A stretch of DNA of 64,000 bases from Acidimicrobiaceae bacterium (GCA_016845585.1 JAERSO010000149.1:42872-106871), one strand, 5' to 3'. Numbered from the stretch's first letter, positions 22,559-31,937 are shown. A program made the numbers and translations. Notes: generated by a model not told the origin, from the letters alone.

Positions 22559-23302
22559 ATGAAGGGATACGGGGCTTCCAGCTATGGCGACAGTTTCGCC
22601 GACGTCTACGACGACTGGTACGGCGACATCAGCGACATCGACGCCACGGTTGCCGCCGTGGAACGCCTGGCCGATGGCGGCTCCGTGCTCGAACTCGGAG
22701 TCGGCACCGGACGGTTGGCCCTCCCACTCGCGGCACGTGGACTCGAGGTCACAGGCCTCGACGCGTCCGCCGCCATGCTCGACGTGCTTCGGAGCAAGCC
22801 GGGCGCGGATTCGATCGACCTGATCGAGGCCGACATGGCTGATCCTCCCCTCGACGGCCGCTACTTCTCGATCGCCTTCGCCGCGTTCAACACATTCTTC
22901 AACCTGACCGACACCGAGGCGCAAGAGGCGTGCCTCGCCGGGGTCGCCCGGAGCCTCCGACCCGGCGGTCGGGTGGCGATCGAAGGATTCATACCCCCAC
23001 GGGAGGGGATGCCGGAAGGCGGAATGTCGGTCCGGGAGATCACCGTGGACTGTGCGGTGCTCACGATTTCCCAACATGACGTCGAGGGCCAGGTGATCAC
23101 CGGACAACACGTCGACATCTCCGAGGCTGGGATTCGAATGCGGCCGTGGATGATGCACTACCGATCACCGGCGCAACTCGACGAGACCGCGGCGTCAGCC
23201 GGCCTGGTGCTGGAGTCCCGTGCCGCGGACTGGTCAGGAGCACCGTTCGACCCGCGGGGCGAGGCCCACGTCAGCGTCTACCGCCTCACCGATCTCCCGT
23301 GA
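22559..23302 (+). CDS. Class I SAM-dependent methyltransferase
   Basis: SAM-binding motif I VLELGVGTGRL and an acidic post-I residue. Start at the ATG of MKGYGASSY, preceded by AGGA. The track ORF starts at 22466. Confidence 0.75.
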   Translation: MKGYGASSYGDSFADVYDDWYGDISDIDATVAAVERLADGGSVLELGVGTGRLALPLAARGLEVTGLDASAAMLDVLRSKPGADSIDLIEADMADPPLDGRYFSIAFAAFNTFFNLTDTEAQEACLAGVARSLRPGGRVAIEGFIPPREGMPEGGMSVREITVDCAVLTISQHDVEGQVITGQHVDISEAGIRMRPWMMHYRSPAQLDETAASAGLVLESRAADWSGAPFDPRGEAHVSVYRLTDLP

Positions 23303-23736
23303 CCCGGATTCACGTCGCGGTCGTCATCCCGGCGCCGCGCGACAAAGTCTGGGCCGATCTGTGCCGAATCGACCGCCATGTCGAGTGGATGCACGATGCG
23401 GTCAGCATCGACTTCCTCACCGAACAGACCCACGGGATCGGCACCGTGTTCGACTGTGCGACCAAGGTGGGGCCCATCCGGCTCACCGACCGGATGAAGA
23501 TCACGTCCTGGATCGAGCCGGAGGAGATGGGCGTTCACCATGTCGGCCTCGTCACCGGTGAAGGGAGCTTCACGCTGACCGAGCTCGGCGACCAGACCGA
23601 CTTCCGCTGGACCGAGACACTCTCGTTTCCGTGGTGGCTCGGCGGGAAGTTGGGTGAACTCGTCGGCGGCCCGATCCTGAAACGGGTGTGGCGACGCAAC
23701 CTCGGCTCCCTGGCCGCCCGATTCAGGGCGACCTGA
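23298..23736 (+). CDS. SRPBCC (START/Bet v1-like, polyketide cyclase/dehydrase) family protein
   Basis: About 146 aa, reading from a GTG that overlaps the methyltransferase stop. Fold-typical hydrophobic pattern (VAVVIPAPRDKVWADL...). Confidence 0.55.
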
Positions 23737-23757
23737 GCGACACTCGGACCCGCGGAC

Positions 23758-24660
23758 TCAGAAGATCGGGTTGGCCCAGGTGCCGGCCGCCCACAGTGCG
23801 CCGGCGACGCACAGGGCACCGATCGCGACCTGAACTCCGACGATCGCCGGACCGGGCTGCCTGGCTCGGATCATGGCCACGACAATGGTGCCGGTGGCGG
23901 CTCCGGCCACGAGGCCCCCGACGTGTCCCCCGACGGAGATGAACGGGATGGCGAAGGTCAGGAACAGGTTGATGGCGAGAATCGGACCGATACCCCCGTC
24001 CCAGACGCTCTGGCCCGCAGCACGCTGCATCATCGCCATGGCACCGAACATTCCGAAAATCGCGCCGGACGCGCCGACCGTGGGGGCAACAGGGTCGACG
24101 AGGAGCGCACCAAACGCTCCTCCGAGCAGCGACACCGTGTAGATCCCGACGAACCGTGGACGGCCGAACACCCGCTCCAACACCGGGCCGATCACCCACA
24201 GCGCCCACATGTTGAAAGCCAGGTGCATGAGGCCGTCGTGCAGGAATGCGGAGGTCACGAGGCGGTAGATCTCACCGTCGTCGACGAACGGACCGAAGAG
24301 CGAGAGCTCCTCGACCGGTTTGGGTCCGAGGTCGAGGGCGCTACCGCCCCACGCTCCCGCGGCGATGAAGGCGGCGAGGTTCACGCCGATCAGGACCTTC
24401 GTCACGATGGGATCGAAGGCCACGGGCCCCCGGATCACCCGCTGCTTTCGCGACTGAGAGCACTCCGGGCAGTGGAAGCCAACAGATGCCTGCGACATGC
24501 AGTCCGGGCAGATCGGCTTGTCGCAGCGTTGGCAGACCACTCCCGCGCGGCGGTCTGCATGCCGATAGCAACTGGTGGAGTCCGTATCCGTCACATCGTC
24601 GACCGTACCGCCGACACCACCGCCTGTCGCGGTAGCGTCGGCGGCCGTGGCCGGGAACAT
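23758..24660 (-). CDS. Rhomboid family intramembrane serine protease with an N-terminal zinc-ribbon
   Basis: Catalytic GASGAIFG serine and GHVGGLVAG histidine motifs in six TM helices. N-terminal CxxC...CxxC pairs. The start may be the GTG at 24594 rather than the ATG at 24660. Confidence 0.8.
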   Translation of the reverse strand: MFPATAADATATGGGVGGTVDDVTDTDSTSCYRHADRRAGVVCQRCDKPICPDCMSQASVGFHCPECSQSRKQRVIRGPVAFDPIVTKVLIGVNLAAFIAAGAWGGSALDLGPKPVEELSLFGPFVDDGEIYRLVTSAFLHDGLMHLAFNMWALWVIGPVLERVFGRPRFVGIYTVSLLGGAFGALLVDPVAPTVGASGAIFGMFGAMAMMQRAAGQSVWDGGIGPILAINLFLTFAIPFISVGGHVGGLVAGAATGTIVVAMIRARQPGPAIVGVQVAIGALCVAGALWAAGTWANPIF

Positions 24661-27199
24661 CCTCTCCGACGAGACACTCGATCAGCACCTGGCGGCTCTG
24701 GCCCGGTCTCCCCAGTTGCTCGTCGCCTGCGACTACGACGGCACCATCGCACCGATCGTCAACGACCCCATGAAGGCGCTCCCCCTCCGGGAGACCTCCG
24801 TCGCGCTCCGATCGCTGGCCGCGCTCCCCCAGACCACGGTCGCCGTGATCTCCGGACGCTCGCTGAGGGATCTGGCGATGTTGAGCCGACTCCCCGCCGA
24901 GATTCACCTCGTCGGTTCCCATGGTTCCGAGTTCGACATCGACTTCGCGCTCGACCTCGATCCCACCCTCACGGCTCGACGCAACCTCATGACCGCCGGC
25001 CTCGCCGAGATCACCGATCGGTTCCCGAGGGTCACACTCGAGAAGAAGCCGGCGTCGGTCGCCGTGCACTACCGCAATGTCGGCGAGGAAACCGTTGACG
25101 CCGTTCTGGAGGCGATCGCGGAACTCGCCGAACGAATCGGGGATCTCACCGTCCGGCACGGCAAGAAGGTCTGTGAGCTCCTGCTCGTGCCGACCGACAA
25201 GGGCCACGCGCTCACCACGATCCGCGCCAACGTCGGCGCCACCGCGGTCGTCTTCCTCGGCGACGACGTCACCGACGAGGACGCGTTCGCCACGCTCCAC
25301 GGCCCCGACGTGGGCATCAAGGTCGGCGAGGGCGACACGATCGCACCGTTCCGAGTGTCAGATCCTGAAGAAGTCGCAGTCGTTCTTGCCGCACTGTGTG
25401 CTCGCCGGGGCGAGTGGCTCGCCGGCGAGGGCGTCGTGCCCATCGAGCAGCACTCCATCCTGTCCGACCAACGAACGGCGGCAATCGTCACCCCGGACGC
25501 CCGGATCACCTGGATGTGCGTACCGCGGATCGACTCGTCGGCGATCTTCGCCGAATTGCTGGGTGGCCCCGCTGCCGGCTACTTCTCCATCGGCCCCGCG
25601 GCCCCCAACGGCAACCCGAAGCAGCACTACGTCGACGACTCCCTCGTCCTGCGCACCGACTGGGCCACGATGTCGGTCACCGACTATCTCGACTGCTCGG
25701 ACGGACGGCCCAACCGGCTCTCGGGTCGCAACGATCTCGTGCGTGTCATCGAAGGCTCCGGAACGGCCCGCGTCGAGTTCGCCCCTCGGCTCGACTTCGG
25801 CCGCTTCCCCACCCAACTCGAGGTCCGCGACGGCGGCCTGGAGATCGTGAGCGCCACCGACCTCGTCGTCCTGCGCAGCCCTGGGGTCGAGTGGTCGATC
25901 GAGACCGCAGGCATGCATCAGACCGCGGTGGCCGATGTCGATCTCGACAACGGGCCCATCGTTCTCGAACTTCGCTGTGGCACCGCCTCGATGCGTCCCG
26001 ATCGCTCCGAGGAATGGGAGCGCCGCGAGCGGACCGAACACTTCTGGCGCGACTGGGCCAACCGTCTCGAGTTGCCCGAGGTCGAGACCGATCTCGTTCG
26101 GCGCAGCGCCCTCACCCTGAAGGCGCTCTGCTACGGGCCCACCGGCGCCATCCTTGCGGCCGCCACCTCGAGCCTGCCGGAGTTCATCGGAGGCGTGCGC
26201 AACTGGGACTATCGCTACTGCTGGATACGCGACGCGTCACTCACCGCCGCCGCGCTCGTTCGCCTCGGATCCATCGAGGAGGCCATGGACCTCCTCGACT
26301 GGCTGCTGGGCGTGATCGAATCAAGCGAGGTCGGTCCCGAACGTCTCAGCCCCCTCTACACGGTGAACGGCCAGGCTCTCCCACCCGAGGCCACCATCGA
26401 AGAGCTCTCCGGCTACGCCGGCTCCCGTCCCGTCCGCGTCGGAAACGCCGCGGACCATCAGGTCCAACTCGACGTCTTCGGCCCCGTCCTCGACCTCATC
26501 CACCGGCTGGGCGAAGTCGATGCTCCACTCTCCGCCAAACACTGGCGTCTCGTCGAAGACCTCGTTGCCGCCGTCGAACAGCGCTGGATCGAACCCGACC
26601 AGGGCATCTGGGAAGTCCGCTCCGCGCCGCGCCACCACACCAACTCCAAGGTGATGTGCTGGGTCACCGTCGACCGCGCCATCCACATCGCCGGCGAAGT
26701 CTTCGGCCGCGAACGCCCCGAATGGGACGCTCTGCGTGACCAGATCAAGACGGACATCCTCACCAACGGATGGAACGACGATGTCGGGTCCTTCACAACC
26801 GCGTACGACGGCACCGACCTCGATGCGTCGGTGCTCGCGGTCGGACTCTTCGGCCTCCTCGACGCCGACGATCCCCGGTTCGCCGCCACCGTTTCCGCCG
26901 TCGAGACCTGGCTGCGCGCCGGCGACACCGTCTACCGCTACAAGCATGAGGACGGGCTGCCCGGCGAGGAGGGCGGCTTCAACCTCATGACGTCATGGCT
27001 CATCGACTCGAAGATCCTCATCGGCGACATCGACAGCGCCAAGCAACTCTTCGCCGCCTACATCGGGCTCGCGGGGCCCACCGGCCTCCTGGCCGAAGAA
27101 GTCGACCCCGCCACCGGCCGAGCACTCGGCAACCATCCGCAGGCGTACTCGCACCTGGGCCTCATCAACAACGCCTTGAACCTGGCGAGCCTCACCTGA
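24575..27199 (+). CDS. Fusion protein: trehalose-6-phosphate phosphatase (HAD, OtsB-like) N-domain + glycoside hydrolase family 15 (glucoamylase/trehalase-like) C-domain
   Basis: HAD motif I CDYDGTIAP, motif III K and motif IV GDDVTDEDAF sit in the first ~260 aa. The C-terminal ~600 aa has an (alpha/alpha)6 GH15-type sequence (WDYRYCWIRD, catalytic acid region). The start may be a GTG at 24647, avoiding overlap with the rhomboid gene. Confidence 0.75.
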   Translation: MESVSVTSSTVPPTPPPVAVASAAVAGNILSDETLDQHLAALARSPQLLVACDYDGTIAPIVNDPMKALPLRETSVALRSLAALPQTTVAVISGRSLRDLAMLSRLPAEIHLVGSHGSEFDIDFALDLDPTLTARRNLMTAGLAEITDRFPRVTLEKKPASVAVHYRNVGEETVDAVLEAIAELAERIGDLTVRHGKKVCELLLVPTDKGHALTTIRANVGATAVVFLGDDVTDEDAFATLHGPDVGIKVGEGDTIAPFRVSDPEEVAVVLAALCARRGEWLAGEGVVPIEQHSILSDQRTAAIVTPDARITWMCVPRIDSSAIFAELLGGPAAGYFSIGPAAPNGNPKQHYVDDSLVLRTDWATMSVTDYLDCSDGRPNRLSGRNDLVRVIEGSGTARVEFAPRLDFGRFPTQLEVRDGGLEIVSATDLVVLRSPGVEWSIETAGMHQTAVADVDLDNGPIVLELRCGTASMRPDRSEEWERRERTEHFWRDWANRLELPEVETDLVRRSALTLKALCYGPTGAILAAATSSLPEFIGGVRNWDYRYCWIRDASLTAAALVRLGSIEEAMDLLDWLLGVIESSEVGPERLSPLYTVNGQALPPEATIEELSGYAGSRPVRVGNAADHQVQLDVFGPVLDLIHRLGEVDAPLSAKHWRLVEDLVAAVEQRWIEPDQGIWEVRSAPRHHTNSKVMCWVTVDRAIHIAGEVFGRERPEWDALRDQIKTDILTNGWNDDVGSFTTAYDGTDLDASVLAVGLFGLLDADDPRFAATVSAVETWLRAGDTVYRYKHEDGLPGEEGGFNLMTSWLIDSKILIGDIDSAKQLFAAYIGLAGPTGLLAEEVDPATGRALGNHPQAYSHLGLINNALNLASLT

Positions 27200-27204
27200 C
27201 CAGC

Positions 27205-27243
27205 AGAAAGCACGATGGGGTCTGTCCCCAGTGTGCTTTCTGG
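27205..27243. repeat. Intergenic palindromic repeat element, copy 2 (AGAAAGCAC-GATGGGGTCTGTCCCCAGTG-TGCTTTCT)
   Basis: Reverse complement of copy 1 (727-770) with one mismatch. Sits between the stop of the TPP-GH15 gene and the stop of the convergent NifU-like gene. Confidence 0.7.
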
Positions 27244-27250
27244 CCCCGAG

Positions 27251-27571
27251 TCAGAGCTGGACGGGACTTTCGGACATACCGAGGGCGTTGATTTCGACGA
27301 CTTCGGTAACGCCCTCGACGCGGTCTTTCATGATGCGCTCGATGCCGGCCTTGAGCGTCTGGGTGCTCGCGGGGCAGGTGACACACGCGCCGTGGAGTTC
27401 GACGGTGATCACGCCGGTGGCCTCGTCGACCTCGACGAGGGAGATGTCGCCTTCGTCGGCCTGAATGGCCGGCCGGATGGCGGTGATGACCTTTTCGACC
27501 TGCTCGCGCACCAGTGCGGGCCTTTCGTGTCCAGGGCTTGCTCGGGTTGCCAGCCCACAGTGTGACAGCAC
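27251..27571 (-). CDS. NifU-like (Nfu-type) Fe-S cluster assembly domain protein
   Basis: C-terminal Nfu domain with the CxxC motif (GACVTCPAS). The true start is probably downstream of the listed ATG. Confidence 0.6.
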   Translation of the reverse strand: MLSHCGLATRASPGHERPALVREQVEKVITAIRPAIQADEGDISLVEVDEATGVITVELHGACVTCPASTQTLKAGIERIMKDRVEGVTEVVEINALGMSESPVQL

Positions 27572-27645
27572 CTGACCAGAACGCCGACCCGACTACTCAC
27601 ATTCCAATGCTGCCATTGGCATTCCGATTCTCGTAGGGTTCACAG

Positions 27646-27804
27646 ATGGTGATCACCGAAGTCCTCGCGCATCAAGGCGGATGGGATGAGATCGCCCTGG
27701 TCACCGTCCCGGTTGCGGTCTTCGGTGGCCTCCTGGCCCTGGCGCGGCGACGGGCGATCAAGATGGCGGAAGCCGCAGACGACGCGGCAAACGCTCAGGA
27801 CTGA
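27646..27804 (+). CDS. Candidate 52-aa small membrane protein, not in the ORF track because it is shorter than 60 aa
   Basis: ATG at 27646, stop TGA at 27802-27804. Translation is MVITEVLAHQGGWDEIALVTVPVAVFGGLLALARRRAIKMAEAADDAANAQD, with one TM helix. Preceded by a purine-rich stretch and the palindrome CCAATGctgcCATTGG. Confidence 0.3.
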   Translation: MVITEVLAHQGGWDEIALVTVPVAVFGGLLALARRRAIKMAEAADDAANAQD

Positions 27805-27823
27805 TTCCTCCGGCCTGCCACGC

Positions 27824-29113
27824 TCAGCCGGGTCGGATGTCAGCGCCGATGCCGTTGAGCTTGGCCGCGATGTCGTCATAGCCGCGAGCGATGTGTCCGG
27901 CGTCGGCCACCACTGTCTCGCCTTCGGCAGCCATTCCTGCGATCACCAGCGCGGCGCCGGCCCGGATGTCGTGGGAGCGAACGGGCGCGCCGGACAGCCG
28001 CGGGACACCGCGGACCACGGCATGGTGCGAGTCGGTGCGGATGTCGGCACCCATGCGGCGCAGCTCGTCGACATAGCGGAAGCGGCCCGAGAAGAGGTTC
28101 TCGGTGACGATGCCGACCCCCTCGGTCGTGGCCAGGAGACTCACGAGGAACGGCTTGAAGTCCGTGGCGAGTCCGGGGTACGGCAGCGTCGAACAATCGG
28201 CCGAACTCAAGCGACGTGGGACCAACGCCCAGATGCCATCAGCGTCGGGCGAGATCCTCATGCCCATCTCGCCGAGCTTCTGACAGAGCATCACCATGTG
28301 TTCATGCCGGGCGCCTTTGACGGTGATCTCGCCGCCCGTGATCCCGACCGCAGCGAGGTAGGTCGCCGCCTCGATCCGATCGCCGATCACCGTGTGGTCG
28401 GCAGCGTGCAGCGCCTCGGCCGAGTCCACGCCTTCGATCGTGATCGTGGACGAGCCGGCGCCGACGATCTGGGCACCCATCTTGTTGAGCAGCTCGCAGA
28501 GATCGGCGATCTCGGGCTCGCGGGCCGCGTTGTCGATCATGGTCGTTCCCTTCGCCCGCACCGAAGCCATGAGCAGGTTCTCGGTGGCACCGACGCTCGG
28601 AAACTCGAGTAGCACGCGCGCTCCGAGAAGGTTCGAGGCTCGGGCATGGACGTAGCCGTGGGCCGTGTCGAACTCGGCGCCGAGCTCGGTGAGACCGCGG
28701 ACGTGCATGTCGATCGGTCGGGGGCCGAAGTCGTCGCCGCCGGGGAGGGCAACGCGCGCCTCGCCGCAGCGCGCGAGCATCGGCCCCATCACGACGATGG
28801 ATGCCCGGAACTGCTCGACGATCTCGTAGGGAGCCACCGGTTCGATCTCGTCGGGCACCGAGATGACGAGCGAATCATCCGACCGGGAGACCGAACAGCC
28901 CGTGGCCCGCAGGAGATCAGACATCAGATCGACGTCGGTGATCCTCGGGACGTTGCGCAGGTTGTACTCCCCGGGGGCGAGCAGGGTTGCCGCCATCAGC
29001 TTCAGGACGGAGTTCTTGGCCCCGCCGATCCGGATCGTGCCTTCGAGCGTCGAGCCGCCGCGGACGATCAACCGATCGGGCGGCGCAGCGGGGTCATGGT
29101 CGGGCACGGACAT
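27824..29113 (-). CDS. murA: UDP-N-acetylglucosamine 1-carboxyvinyltransferase
   Basis: EPSP-synthase-fold motifs and the conserved active-site loop region (KNSVLKLMAATLL...). Start at MSVPDHD, with start/stop overlap with azlD. Confidence 0.88.
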   Translation of the reverse strand: MSVPDHDPAAPPDRLIVRGGSTLEGTIRIGGAKNSVLKLMAATLLAPGEYNLRNVPRITDVDLMSDLLRATGCSVSRSDDSLVISVPDEIEPVAPYEIVEQFRASIVVMGPMLARCGEARVALPGGDDFGPRPIDMHVRGLTELGAEFDTAHGYVHARASNLLGARVLLEFPSVGATENLLMASVRAKGTTMIDNAAREPEIADLCELLNKMGAQIVGAGSSTITIEGVDSAEALHAADHTVIGDRIEAATYLAAVGITGGEITVKGARHEHMVMLCQKLGEMGMRISPDADGIWALVPRRLSSADCSTLPYPGLATDFKPFLVSLLATTEGVGIVTENLFSGRFRYVDELRRMGADIRTDSHHAVVRGVPRLSGAPVRSHDIRAGAALVIAGMAAEGETVVADAGHIARGYDDIAAKLNGIGADIRPG

Positions 29114-29427
29114 CAGACAAGAGTCTGCCAGCGAACCAGCGCCGTCACTGCCATCGTGACGACGACCACGACCGTGAACGGTGCCCGCCACCAGACGGCG
29201 ACGATGCCGGCGCCGACACCCCAGATCCGGGCGTCGAGAACGAGCTGTTCATCCGCGACCACCGTCTGCACGACGATCAGCGCGGTGAAGAGCGACGCGG
29301 GGATGAGCGCGGTGATCGCCTGGAACGATCGCCCTGAACTCTCGGCGATTCGGCTCAGACCCAGCACGCCGAAGACCTTGAAGCCGAATGCGCCCGCCAC
29401 CATGATCCAGATCGAACCCCAGCTCAT
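29113..29427 (-). CDS. azlD: Branched-chain amino acid transport protein AzlD
   Basis: About 104 aa, very hydrophobic, with the AzlD-type 3-4 TM pattern. Start set at MSWGSIW, which overlaps the azlC stop. Confidence 0.65.
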   Translation of the reverse strand: MSWGSIWIMVAGAFGFKVFGVLGLSRIAESSGRSFQAITALIPASLFTALIVVQTVVADEQLVLDARIWGVGAGIVAVWWRAPFTVVVVVTMAVTALVRWQTLV

Positions 29428-30095
29428 GGGCGCGCCTCCGTCGGCCCACGTCGACCGACGAGCCACCCCGGGATGACACCGAGAGCCCCGACGAGGAGCG
29501 GAACACCGGCCGGAGCGATGGGAACCGCGGCAATCGCCAGCAGTCCGCCTGCCAACGCGGCCACCCTCCCGGGGCGCCGACGCAGATGCGGCACCAGGAG
29601 CGCGATGAACGCAGCGGGGAACGCGGCGTCGAGGCCGTACGTCTCGGGCTCACCGATCAGCGATCCGAGCAGTGCGCCGCCCACGGACCCGATGTTCCAC
29701 AACGACCACAACCACAGGGCGGTCCACCAGAACGCGTCGGCCGCAGCCGCGTCATCGGCCTGGTTCGAGGCCATCGCCGTCGTCTCGTCGATGACGAAGT
29801 GGGCACTGAGCCCGCGCCGAAGCGCTGAGCCGCGAAAGAACCGCGACACCACCGGTCCGTAGAGGGCGTTGCGCGCCGCCAGCAGCATCGCCGACCCGAC
29901 TGCGGCATAGCTCGAGCCGCCCCCATCGATGACGCTCACCGCGGCGAACTGGCTCGCCCCGGTGAAGAGGAATGCCGACATCACCACGATCTGGGGCAGT
30001 GAGAGTCCCGCGGCGTCAGCCAGGACGCCGAAGGTCATCGCCACCACACCGACGGCGATGCTCAGCACGAGCCCTTCGCGGCGATGCTCGGGCAC
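29424..30095 (-). CDS. azlC: AzlC family branched-chain amino acid permease
   Basis: 223 aa, polytopic, with AzlC conserved N-terminal blocks (GASQFAAV). Confidence 0.7.
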   Translation of the reverse strand: MPEHRREGLVLSIAVGVVAMTFGVLADAAGLSLPQIVVMSAFLFTGASQFAAVSVIDGGGSSYAAVGSAMLLAARNALYGPVVSRFFRGSALRRGLSAHFVIDETTAMASNQADDAAAADAFWWTALWLWSLWNIGSVGGALLGSLIGEPETYGLDAAFPAAFIALLVPHLRRRPGRVAALAGGLLAIAAVPIAPAGVPLLVGALGVIPGWLVGRRGPTEARP

Positions 30096-30097
30096 AG

Positions 30098-30628
30098 TTA
30101 CTCCGGCAGGAGGCCGGGGATGAGTTCATCGATCAGGCCGGCGAGCTCGTCGATGCAGATGTCGAAGGCGGGCTGCTGCCCCGACCCGGGATCGATGACT
30201 TCCTCCCACGGCTCGACGTCACGGTTCGCCAGTCCGAGCGCCGCCACCCGGTCATCGAGCGTCGCCCCAACGATCCGGGGAAGGTCGAGCACCACCCGCT
30301 TCAGCATGCCGGAGATCGGCAGTGCACTCGGCAGCTGCCGTCGCATCCACTGGATGTGCAGCGGCTCCATCGTGAGAATCAGGCTGCTGACTCGAACATC
30401 CTGCTCGTCGAGCTGGCGACTGCGGTGCCACGGATCGCGGAGCCCATGACGCTCGAGTGCCGTTCGGGTCCGCACACTCATCGGCTGGTCGGGCAGAACC
30501 AGGGTGCCGGCACTCCGCACGTCGATCGGTCCGTCCTCGCCCAGACGATCCTTCAGGAGGGTGGCCGCCATGACCGACCGCGCCGCGTTCCCGGTGCAGA
30601 CGAACGTGACGACGGGGCGCCCGGTCAT
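30098..30628 (-). CDS. Low-molecular-weight protein-tyrosine phosphatase / arsenate-reductase-fold protein
   Basis: P-loop CTGNAARS near the N-terminus. Start at MTGRPVVTFVCTGN, overlapping the stop of the upstream thioesterase gene. Confidence 0.75.
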   Translation of the reverse strand: MTGRPVVTFVCTGNAARSVMAATLLKDRLGEDGPIDVRSAGTLVLPDQPMSVRTRTALERHGLRDPWHRSRQLDEQDVRVSSLILTMEPLHIQWMRRQLPSALPISGMLKRVVLDLPRIVGATLDDRVAALGLANRDVEPWEEVIDPGSGQQPAFDICIDELAGLIDELIPGLLPE

Positions 30629-31218
30629 CGGGCACCTCGAACGAAGATCGCCTCCGCTTCCGCGGTCGGCCGGGCGAGCTGCGGGTCGTCCAGGAAACAG
30701 GCGGCGCCAACGAGCACCCGGCGACTGCGATCCTCTTCGATCCACGCCCGGAACAGGAGATCGGTGTCGAGCGGGGTCGGACGGCGGTACCGCAGCGTGA
30801 GACGACCCGTCATGGCACCCGGCCGGCGGGTGAGTCGCTGGGCGGCGCCCATCACCTCGTCAAAGAGCCCAGCGACGACCCCGCCGTGCACGAACCCCGG
30901 CGGGCCCTCCCGAAGTCGGTCAATACGCACGCGACCGTCGATCGTCGACCGCCCGTCGGGGAGTTCGCCGGCGTCGAGGGACATGGGTGGCGCCGCGGCG
31001 TTGATGGCCCCGGACCACGCGGTCAGCTCGCGAGCGCGTGGGCGACGGGCCGGGTCAGGGTCCTTCTCGTACCAGCGCAGTCGCGGGCGGCCACCCTGGA
31101 GTCGGCTGCTCAGTCGATCGAGGTCGGCGATGGCCTCGGATTCATCGATGCTGTCGGTCTCGTGGGAATGCAGCGCAAGGGCGAGTCGGCGTACGGCTGC
31201 GGCGAGTTCGGCGCTCAT
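30625..31218 (-). CDS. PaaI/YbgC-type hotdog-fold thioesterase
   Basis: 197 aa. The hotdog core has FVHGGVVAGLFDEVMG (4HBT/PaaI signature). Confidence 0.65.
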   Translation of the reverse strand: MSAELAAAVRRLALALHSHETDSIDESEAIADLDRLSSRLQGGRPRLRWYEKDPDPARRPRARELTAWSGAINAAAPPMSLDAGELPDGRSTIDGRVRIDRLREGPPGFVHGGVVAGLFDEVMGAAQRLTRRPGAMTGRLTLRYRRPTPLDTDLLFRAWIEEDRSRRVLVGAACFLDDPQLARPTAEAEAIFVRGAR

Positions 31219-31937
31219 TGGTCTCCGAGGCGGTCGATGAGGTTCACCATCGTGGCCTGCAACGACTCGGCCGCCGCGGCAAGGTTCTCGGTGAACTGCG
31301 TGGCCGTGGCGACCGGCGAGTCGACGAGATCGGTGATCGCCTTCACGCCGGTCACCGGGGTGCCGTGCAGCTGGGCGACCCAGGCCACTGCGGCGGCCTC
31401 CATCTCCTTGACCTCCGCGCCGCTGGCGAGGATCCGTTCGCGATCCGTCGTGGACTCGTCGAGGCTGTCACCGGTCGTGACGATTCCGAGGCGGCATCCG
31501 AGCTCCCCTGCGAGGTCACGAAGGTCAGCGGTCGGGATCTCCCCGCGTCCGAACCGATCGAAGCCGGGAAGCTCGATCCGGCGGTCGTGGCAGGCGATGT
31601 GCGGCCAGGCGACGTACACGTCGCCGATCGCGGCGTCGGCTCGTTGCCAGCCTCCCGCGGTCCCCGCGGTGATGACGATGTCAGCCGGCCCGAGACCCAA
31701 GGCGACGTGGGTCGACAGCGCCGCCGCGGTCGACCCGATGCAGTCGACGCCAGTGGCGGGATCGGTCCCGTTGACCGCCAAAACGACCTCGGGACGATCA
31801 CCGGATGCAGGCGCCACGGCGAGCCGGACCGGGAGCGACGCGGCCCACGATGGCGACTCGATGCTCACCGCTCCGAGAGCGGCTCTCAGCGGAGCAGCCT
31901 CGGCCTCCATGGCCATGACGACGACGACACGATGCAC
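31215..31937 (-). CDS. PNP/UDP phosphorylase-family nucleosidase (MTA/SAH nucleosidase or futalosine hydrolase)
   Basis: 240 aa. VVVVMAMEAEAAPL N-terminus and TGVKEMEAAAVA C-terminal block typical of MtnN/MqnB. Confidence 0.7.
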   Translation of the reverse strand: MHRVVVVMAMEAEAAPLRAALGAVSIESPSWAASLPVRLAVAPASGDRPEVVLAVNGTDPATGVDCIGSTAAALSTHVALGLGPADIVITAGTAGGWQRADAAIGDVYVAWPHIACHDRRIELPGFDRFGRGEIPTADLRDLAGELGCRLGIVTTGDSLDESTTDRERILASGAEVKEMEAAAVAWVAQLHGTPVTGVKAITDLVDSPVATATQFTENLAAAAESLQATMVNLIDRLGDQ

